Shown piece by piece: positions 54,869-64,000 of a DNA stretch of 64,000 nt; within the stretch, counting starts at the first letter, position 1; each line of letters opens with the position of its first letter. Source of the DNA: Lama glama (taxonomy: Eukaryota). The notes beneath the pieces were generated by a model, which had not been told where the DNA came from, made no database searches, and was given only the letters and a program-made list of their open reading frames with translations. The position numbers were made by a program, and so were the translations under genes. The stretch is taken from assembly GCA_028534125.1 (NCBI GenBank), contig CM052817.1:34598001-34662000 (forward strand), in the 5' to 3' direction.

Positions 54869-56089
54869 ATGAGAGATAAAACATGCTAGAAGATTTTTAG
54901 GCTCATTCTTATATCCTAAATTAAGATTGTAGGAGGATTACAGTGTTGTCAAGAGGTAAACTTAGCAATGTGTATTAAAGTGCAAAGGAGAGAGAAATTG
55001 AAAACAGTGAAACACTAAGTACTGTGTTAGTAACTGAGTATTTGAGTACCCACAAGAATATGTAATATTGTAATGGACACAGCTAACACCTAAATAAGAG
55101 GCTGCTGAGTGAGGTTCAAAATGGGAACAAAGAACATGAAGTACTCATCCTCTAAATAGCTGCCAACATTTGGGACCAGATAACTTACTCCTTTAGCCAG
55201 GACTAAAAGCTGGCAAAACGACCCAACATGGTCAAAACCTCCAACCCCTACTTTCAGGCAATATAAGCAGAGAATATGGGAAAAGGAGGATGAGAGAATC
55301 ATTGGAGCCATGTCTTAACTAAATTCCTGGAGAGTACTATGGCTTTTCATTTCCTATTTATCACTTACCTATTCTGAGTTAAGTAAACAAGGCTCCAATA
55401 GAATCAGCTAGAGAAGAGATTGGCATCTCATGCCTTGTGGATTTGTTGATATGCCCTACATCTACGTAAACAAGAAGACAGAAACTTGGCGAGAAACAAA
55501 TGGCCAGGAAGAGGGTTAAAGGAAAGCAATGCGCACTCCTACAACTTGGCATGGCAAGGATGTGTAAGTTTCTCCTGGGTCCATCGATGATGTGTAGAAA
55601 GTACCAACCAGGTTTGAAACATCTTGACACATAAGGGGAAAAGAAATTCTAGCAGCTAGCAGCTGGGTATACTTCTAGGAATGGGAACGGAGAGAGATCA
55701 AAACAGAGGGCACTCTGCAAACTGATCTCTCATATCAAGGAGCTTTACCATGGAGAGGCTGCCTCAGAGTTTCTAGGAGAACTCAGTGTGCTCATTAAAG
55801 AGTGAGCATTCAGATGCAATATGGATTGTACTTACCCAGTTAAGAAAAACTTATCCCTTTCTTCCCTAATCTCCCTCCCAGTTTCCAATACCAGAGGGAA
55901 TGGACCGTGAAAAGAGAGGGAAATAATTGGCCAAAAACAAACTCCACTTTCCATCTTCAGAGTTCCTGAGACACAAGTTCAGCCAGAGAACACTTGCCTC
56001 GGAACTGAGATTGGACTTTTAAACCAGACAGACTTTTAATAACGAAAAGTTTGAAAGAAGTGTTAAAGAATCTGCTCAAGATGTCTTTA

Positions 56090-56245
56090 AGGGGTTTGCT
56101 ACCCAGTACTGCTTAATCACCTAAAGATCTCATTAAAACAAAAATTCCAATTCAGTTAGTCTGGGATGGGACCAGAAATTCTACATTTCTAACAGGCTCC
56201 CTGGGGATGCTGCTGATTTGAGGACCACACTTTGACAAACAAGGC
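56090..56245. mobile_element. MER5-like hAT MITE
   Basis: gtctgggatgggaccagaaattctacatttctaacaggctccc...gaggaccacactttga. Confidence 0.7.
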
Positions 56246-56691
56246 TCTATGAAGTAGGTAAGGGAGTTCTAACAGAGCATGGTTGGCAGCAAGAAATAAA
56301 GTATTAGGTTGGAATATATGAAATATTCACTTTTGTAGGTCAAAAACAGTTTAATATTTTCAAATTCTAAAAACATTTCACGTTTGTATCCCATGGAATA
56401 AAAATTCATTCAATAAAATGGGATACACAATATTAAATATTATGTAATTTCCCCACATTCTAACAAATATTTATACCCTATTTAAATGAGAATGTAAAAA
56501 ATGAAGTAGGGTATGAAGTAGTACTGACCTGTGTTGGCAAGCATGAATACTTGCTAGAAGAATGTGTCTGTGTTTGTGCATCATTTGAAAAAGGCTGAGG
56601 CTGGAATCAAAACCAGCTACCTCCAACATGCTGTAATTCTTATGATTTTTACAAATGTTAAAGTTTTCATGAAACTTGTGAATAAGAACTA

Positions 56692-56705
56692 CTGCCACCT
56701 GGTGG
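56692..56705 (-). promoter_or_regulatory. CTCF core motif CCACCAGGTGGCAG
   Basis: Full match to the CCACYAGRKGGCRS consensus, in AT-rich intergenic sequence. Confidence 0.65.
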
Positions 56706-58213
56706 ATTTGAATTAAGAGTTAAGAAATCTGTGTCTTTTTATTCAGCAACCTTAAATACTATTAGTACTACCTTGTTAATTTTAATATAAAAAAAAGAGA
56801 AAATAGGAAAATGTATATTTACTTAAACAAAAGATTACATTAGGGGAATCTTTATTTATATGCAGTAGATGGCATTAAAGTTACATTTTAACTTAATGAT
56901 AATATGGCTTTTCCTTTCATTTCCATAACTGTTTTATCCTGAATAGTTTATTCATCCATTTGTTAGAGAATTTCAGGAGTTGGACCCTATACATAATTCT
57001 CTTATATGTGTGCATAAAGCTATAATACAGACCATTGTGTGCAACTCCCAACTTTCCTTCCCTTCATTCCAATTAGTATATTTTTAAAACCCCTTCTTTG
57101 CTCTCTTGGAAGAAAGAGGTCTTTCTAATTCTTTCCAAAGTTAGATCATTTGATGTTACCTTATGTGAAATAAATTACTATTACCTTCCTCAAGTCCGTA
57201 TTAACTTGCCTTCACTTCGCCATTCTCTGCAGCCGCTATAATCCCTACCCACCCCGAGGAACAGCACAGCCTCTTCTGACTCCATGTTCAACTGTCTCAA
57301 TTCTCACCGATTTGTTTTTGTAATCTAATCATTTAAACTTAGTCTAGATTTCTTCACAAACATTAGTGAGTATCTATAATCAGAATGATGGGTCATCAAT
57401 GCAAACAAAGTAGAAGAGTAAAATCTATTATTGAACTACTACATGCTAGATTTACCACCATTTTCTCTAAATGTGATGTTCCTTACTAAGCCAAGATAAA
57501 AAAAATCCTGCAGGTTTTCTGCAGCATCCTAATTGTATGTTTTCTCACGATGAATTCTTCTGTGATTACTGTGAAGACATAGGTGAGCCTCACAATATAT
57601 TTTTCTCACTTCTCATGATTTAGAAACTTACATGTCATACAGTTCTAGATTCTACAGTCTGTTAGTGGGACTACTTAGTATTTTCTAATGATAATAGAAC
57701 AACTATTAAAAACAATTTAATAAGTGGAGATAATTCTTACGTACTTTTTTAAATTGCATTTTTCTGTTGAGTGGTTAGTTTTGATATAAGATTTTAAAGA
57801 AAAAGCATATGGTCATAAATTTAAGGATTTTTCACTCAAGCCCCTAAATAATAGACTTTAATATCTACTGATGTAAATTAAATGAAATCTCATGGTGCTC
57901 TTTCATCATTTTCATTCATAGGCCTCTTTGGAAGTGAGCAGGCAACACAGAGGACTTGGAATATGTTCATTTTTGTCCAACAAGGATCAGAAAAAGGATA
58001 AACTACAGAAAAACATTAAGGGGGTTCAGTACAAATTCCGGTTTTGTTGGAGGCAATGAATATTCAGAAATAGCTATAAGTTTTTATAATGACATATAAG
58101 CTATAATTCTAATATAAAAAAGAAATAAAATAGATCTATGTATAAATTTTCTCATCTCTGACTATAAAGGCAGTGACAAATAAAATTTTCCATATAGTAA
58201 CACCTTAAAGCTA

Positions 58214-58219
58214 TTTATT
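58214..58219 (-). terminator. PDCL2: Candidate PDCL2 polyadenylation signal AATAAA
   Basis: tttatt on the + strand, 8 nt after the stop codon. Confidence 0.55.
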
Positions 58220-58227
58220 AAATATTT

Positions 58228-58385
58228 CTACTTGGTATCATCATTATCACTGTTTGAACTACTAGTGTCGTCATAAATAGAAGTGTTTCTAATTGAAGAT
58301 ACCATCACATCCACAATGCCTTTTTTGGGATTTTCTTCCAAATCAGTCTGTATTGCTCCAACTTCTCCTAGCTTCCATTCAAGTT
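58228..58385 (-). CDS. PDCL2: Phosducin-like 2, last coding exon
   Basis: Acceptor tttattgcag|AA. Reads (E)[51 protein letters not shown] with TAG at 58228-58230. In frame with the upstream exon and matches the recalled PDCL2 C-terminus. Absent from the ORF track. Confidence 0.95.
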
Positions 58386-58549
58386 CTGCAATAAATAGCC
58401 CATTAAATCAGATAAAAATCTTGGAAAAAATGAAAAGAAGAATTTTTCATCTATATGAAACAGAAGTTGATGTTAATAAAATTAATGTGGAAATGATATA
58501 TTTAGAACTAGATTATATGAATGTACTACAATATCAAAATATACATTGG

Positions 58550-60800
58550 ATACAGCAAAGTTATACTTAAAGGGAGAAATTATGGTTAAAATGTTTATTT
58601 TAAAATGCCTGAAAATAGTGCTTTGAAAGTTCAAATCAAGAAGCTAGAAAAAGAACAATACAGTAAACCCAAGCAGAGAGAGGGATATGATGAAGAGAAT
58701 ACTTTAGCAAAAGTAGAAAAACAAAATCAGTAGAGGTGATGAACAAAATCAAAAGTTGGTTCTTTGAAGAGACTAATAGACACACCTCAGGCAAAAATGA
58801 TCACAAGAAAAGTAAAGAGATTAAGTAATATAAAGAATTTACATGGGGCATAACCAAGATTTTAAAGCCATAAGACTACTATGAAAAAAATTTATGCCAA
58901 TAGTTTTGAAAATTTTAATGGGAAAATTTCAACAAAAATGTGAATTACAGAAAAATATCCAAGAGAGAAATCTGAAAAGAACTGAATGGATAACCAAAAT
59001 CCCCCATCCTGGCAAATTCATGATTTTGTTAATGTATTCCTAAGTACTATACAGATGAACAGAACATTTATGAAGAAAATTACAAAATACACTTATGAGG
59101 AAAATTACAAAATATATTACATTACATAATGTAATACAATTGACCCTTGAACAACATACGTTTGAATTGCAGGGGTTCACTTACATGTGGAATTTTTTCA
59201 ATAAGCATACTACAGTGCTACATGTTCTGTGGTTGGTTGAATCCACAGATGCAGAACCGCAAATACCATGGGCTGGCTGTAGAGTTATGGGCGGACTTTT
59301 GACTGCACAGGGGTCACTGCTCCCAACCTCTGTGTTGTTCTGTTCAAGGGTCAACTGTATATGCATACATAAATACATTACATTTATGAGGGAAATTACA
59401 AAAAACATAAAAGAAGACCTAAATAAATGACAAGCTAAATCTCGTTCATGGATAGGAACAGTCACTATTATTAGGATATCAAGCCTCCAACAAGTGATCT
59501 ATAAATATAATGCTAGTAGGTTAAAAATGGGATTTTTCACAGAACTTGACTAATTCCAATATTTATATTAAATTCTGAAAAATATCTGCCCCACTAGAGA
59601 CAACTAGATTATTATAAAGGTATAGTAATTAACACGGTGCTGTACTGAGGGATAGACAAACAGACCAGCGGAACACAGTAGACTTCTGAAAGAAATTGAA
59701 GCATTTTTGGAACCATGAAAAGTGACATAGGAAACATTAAAACTCAATGGGGGGAAAACACCTTATATACATTAGGGTGGTTACTATTAAAACACACACA
59801 CACACATACACACAGAAAATAACAAGTGTTGATGAGTATGTACAGAAATTAGAACTCTTGAGTACTGTTGGTGGGAGTGTAATGGTGCAGCCACTGTGGA
59901 AAACAGTATGGATATTCCTCAAAAGATGAATGTAGAATTATCATATGATCCAGCAATTCTACTTCTGAGTATATACACAAAAGAATGAAAGCAGGGACTA
60001 AAACTAATTATTTGTACATCCACATTCATAGCAACATTATTCACAATAGCCACAAGGTAGAAACAACCCGGGTGTCCATCAACAGACTAATGGGTAAACA
60101 AAATGTGCTATAAAAACATACAGCAATATTAGTCAGCCTTAAAAAGGAAGGAAATGCTGATACACACTACAACATGGATGAACCTTGAGGACATTATGCC
60201 AAGTGAAATAAACCAGTCACAAAAGGATAAACACAGTATGATTCATTTATACCAGGTACTGAGAGTAGTCAGATTCAGAGTTAGAGAGTAGCCAACGGTG
60301 GTTGCTGGGGTGGGGGGGGGACAGGGAATTGTTTAAGGATGTGGAGTTGCAGTTATGCCAGATGCAAAGGGTTCTAGAGATGGATAATAGGGATGATAGT
60401 ACAACAGTGAAAATATACTTAATGTTACTTAACTACGTACTTAAAATGATTAAATAAAATAACTTATTTATTTATAAAATAAGTCCCGGGTATGTAATGT
60501 ACAGTAGAGTAAGTATAGTTAATAATATTATATATTTTTAATGGTTAAAATGGTTAATTTCATGTTATGTGTATTTTACGACAAAGTTTTTTAAATATAA
60601 CAATATAAAAAAGCATGGACCAGGTGACACTCTATTCATGACAGTGATTTGCTTAGTGAGGCAGGGAGGGGTATGGGACTAGGAATGGAAATATAGGTAA
60701 CCTCAACTGTATCTGTAGTGTTAATTTCAACAATAAACAAACAGCTGAGCTGACAAATGAACAAATGTTCTTATTTGTTATTTTTGGTAACAATTGCATA
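58550..60800 (+). mobile_element. Old L1 fragments in the last PDCL2 intron, including an L1MB-like 3' end at ~59750-60590
   Basis: aagaagctagaaaaagaacaa, aaagttggttctttga, tatgatccagcaattctacttctgagtatat. Confidence 0.8.
59137..59357. mobile_element. Tigger2-family (TcMar) MITE nested in the L1
   Basis: TIRs caattgacccttgaaca / tgttcaagggtcaactg with TA target duplications at 59135-59136 and 59358-59359. Confidence 0.88.
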
Positions 60801-61781
60801 ATGTTTGCTGTATTATTGTCTGTACTCTTATGTATTCTTTTAAGTTAGAAGGATAAGGTACAAACTGAAAAAACAAGGTGGTAAAACAAAGAGGGGACTT
60901 AAAGGCTGGGAGAAGGAAAAGGGAGTCATTCTGGAACAACTAAAGTACTGGAGGTGAGGCCAAAAACAGCTTTAGTGGAATGAGAGAGTGAAAGCAATGC
61001 TGTTCAAAATAGCTATTCACCATGGCTTTAACATGATAATAGAAGAAAAAAAGTGTAGTACTGTAGAATTAAAGCAGTTCTAAGAAATGACTAGATGAAG
61101 GATATGGCCTTTGAACTATGTTAGGAAGTAAACATTATTAAAGAAGGTGAAAATATGAAGTCCTATGCTGTGCACTATGAAAATAGTGGTAAACATAGTC
61201 CTTGTACCTGTTAGAGAGACAAAACTGAAAGGGAATTGACTAACCAATGATATCTGATAAGACACGAATGTATGCTACATAAATTCAGGAGAGAAGATGA
61301 AGACAGATTATAAATTGGTCCAGAATCACATAATAGAATAAATGGAAACCTAGGGGACCCATAAAGAAATAGGGTTTGTAAGGAAGAATAAAGAATGGTA
61401 GGGTATTTCAACTAGAGGAAAAGAGTAGGAAACAAAGTACAAAGGCACAAATGAACTGTGTCTGGGGTAGTGAATGAAGACCAGCCTGGCTGGAGCAGAA
61501 ACTAGAAAGCATTGAAAAATACAGTTGCATAGGTGGGCTAAAAATCTCAAGCAGATGATTTTGAATTTTTTATTTGAAACAGTGAACCATTAAGGATTTA
61601 AGCCAGTGGGTGTTATGCTAAGAGTATTATTGTAGGAAAATTAATCTGGAGGCATATAAGAAGAAACTAGACACAAGGAGGAAAAAAACTTACGTTTTAT
61701 GGAAATAAAGTTTTATGATATTTGTTAATTTATAGAAGTTTTCACCTTTTTTTTTACAAATTTTGAAAATAACATAATTAC

Positions 61782-61990
61782 CTTCTAGCTTGAGATTTAG
61801 CCCTCCACATTCTATAATTCCAATCAATTTGCCTTCTATCTGACCATTTTTATAAACAAAAATTGTTGGTAAACAATTGTCATGGTAGTGTTGAATACAG
61901 CTGTTCACGATGGCTTTAAGAAATTTAGTTTCAGGAAACTTTCTTGCTAGAAGACTAAGATGCTGGTTAACCAACAAACACATTGGGATA
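61782..61990 (-). CDS. PDCL2: Phosducin-like 2, penultimate coding exon (thioredoxin-like phosducin domain)
   Basis: Encodes (S)IPMCLLVNQHLSLLARKFPETKFLKAIVNSCIQHYHDNCLPTIFVYKNGQIEGKLIGIIECGGLNLKLE, recognised as PDCL2. Acceptor ttttctttttag| and donor GAAG|gtaatt. 209 nt; its last base completes a Glu codon with the next exon. Confidence 0.96.
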
Positions 61991-62176
61991 CTAAAAAGAA
62001 AAACAGTACATACAACATTTAAAAAAAAAAACAAGACAACTCATCTCAGTCTAATAAAGTAAGTGAAACATCTCCATGACAAAAATATATCTTTAGATAT
62101 CCTTTCAATACAAGAGCATATCAACTGCCATCCTCTATTGTTACCTTTAGTAATGATGAAATAATGAGTTCTCTGA

Positions 62177-62295
62177 TTTTTAAATTATTTTATTTTAAAG
62201 TTTATTTTATTATTATTATTTTAATGGAGGTACTGGTGATTGAAACCAGGACCTCGTGCCTGCTAAGCATGTGCTCTACCCCCAGCCCTACCCTA
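62177..62295 (-). mobile_element. tRNA-Ala-derived SINE (Vic-1-like)
   Basis: tggaggtactggtgattgaaaccaggacctcgtgcctgctaagcatgtgctctacc preceded by a T-rich tail. Confidence 0.85.
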
Positions 62296-64000
62296 CAGTA
62301 ATTTTTGTTACAAACATTGTTATAGCCTAGGAAGCTTGCTACCACGGTAATTTGATGCCTAGCTGAGGTTGACCACATCTGACTTAGCATCAATTTAATT
62401 GAGCCAGTTTATAGAACCCAAGAGGGAGGGAGGAAAGAGAAAAGAAAAAAACTGGACACATTTAGGGAAATCTTTAGCAATTCTGAACTGAAACAAGAGG
62501 ATCCCAATTCTTATCATCATGGGTTTATTTCCACATGAGATAATCACATCCAAAGTTCTTATTTCAAACTTCCTTGAATTCTTTTACTCTAACAAACTTC
62601 ATCCACCCTTTTCTCTGACATGCCATGTCCTGTTCCCCATTATCCAGAATTATTCCTCATCAGAAATTTAAAATCAATTGGAAATGTAACCCAAACCCGC
62701 AATTTCTCCAGCTCTATCACTTAACTCTCATTACATTCATGCTCTGATTAGTCCCTTCTCTTCCAGTCTATCACTCACGCACAGCTTTATCAAATTCTTT
62801 CAAAGCTAATCTTCTATCCTACACTCCTTCCATTTCCAATGGGATCTTCCTCCATTTGTTATTCAGCTTCCCTACTCTCCTGTTCTCTTAATCTTTTCTT
62901 CTCCACTTTACATAAACATATCCAAGTTACTACATTTTTTAAAAAGTCCCTTCCCATTCTCTCCCCTTCTAATGACTACTCTCTCTCCTGGTCACAGCCC
63001 AGCAAAAAAGATAATAAAAACCTCTATGCTCTGTTTACTTCCCTTCTTGAAAAACTCTCCTTTTTTGACTTCTTTGATAACACTTTCTATTACATTTCTT
63101 TTTATTCCTTTGGCTTCCTTTTTCTGTTTCTATGCCTCCAATGTAGATATTCCTTATAATTATGTCCTGGACTCTCTTCTCATCCTAGACACATTCACTG
63201 GGCAATCTTATCCATTCTGATATCAACAGCTGATGAACTTAATCTCCCCTCTGCCCTCAACCAAAAAAAAAATCTGATCTTTATCCATATTTTCTTAAAA
63301 AAAAAACCTGAATTCAGTAGAAGTGTATCTCTCCTTTGTACTCACTTCCTCATCATTTATATGGAGCATATTTGAAATAATAGTGTATGAGGAAAAAAAG
63401 GCTAGTGTGTACTCTTAATTAGGGAAGATACTTTGATCAGACAAAATTAGTACTTTTTTCTCTTGTATTTTCAAAATATATATATATACACATAATGTTT
63501 AAATGGCCTCTTGCACTATACCATAAAAGCTTCTTATTCTGCTTTGTATCCTTAACTCCTAAAACCTGTCACACCCACAGTCGAAGGTGAAGCTCTTGAA
63601 GGTGAAGTAACTTAGTGACTCACACCAGGGCATACTGCCTATTCTAGGCAGGTGGTGATCCTCCTGGACTTTGTCTACCTTTTCCCTCTACACCTGTTTG
63701 TGCCAACTGCACATTTTATTAAAAATTAGCAAATAAATAAAAGTGCAACAGGAAAAATAATAGTTCTTATGAAAATCAAATGTATACTCTGGAAAAACTT
63801 GATAAAGGTGAACCACTGAGAAAAAAAATGTTTAGTTCATTGTAGATTAGACAGATATAAATGATCAGGGAAGAATACAGATTTCTGCACTCAAATTGCT
63901 TTGCACGTATGTTTGAGTTCTTGCTCCATTTTAAACACACCCTGATAATGGAAATCAATGATAATGTACTAGGTTCTTATCAGCACCTGGGGAAAGACTT

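Noticed and set aside
56439..56448. D-box ATTATGTAAT upstream of CLOCK
   Set aside because: Low-information AT-rich motif that also occurs within L1s in this window.
58283..58570. 95-aa + strand ORF
   Set aside because: Antisense shadow of the last PDCL2 exon.
62000..64000. Search for the next upstream PDCL2 exon
   Set aside because: No matching coding sequence found; it probably lies beyond the window.

Overview
Mammalian genomic DNA, probably from a camelid: four tRNA-Ala-derived Vic-1-like SINEs are present. Both genes are on the minus strand. The window holds the 5' non-coding end of the circadian gene CLOCK: a CpG-island promoter at ~51.1-52.8 kb, first exon(s) ending at 52194 and possibly 51069, and 5'UTR exons at 23985-24140 and 4137-4228. 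The CLOCK coding exons lie left of the window. About 6 kb upstream are the last two coding exons of PDCL2 (61782-61990, 58228-58385). Most of the rest is decayed L1, L2, MIR, MaLR LTR and DNA-transposon sequence, and nearly all ORF-track entries are L1 remnants or spurious. I see no new protein-coding or mobile system. The leads are regulatory: uORFs in the CLOCK 5'UTR, a competing splice donor inside exon 2, a candidate 75-nt cassette exon and a nearby antisense exon in intron 1, a RORE in the CpG island, and a consensus CTCF site between PDCL2 and CLOCK. Gene and repeat-family names come from recalled sequences, not from a database search. Repeat boundaries are approximate.
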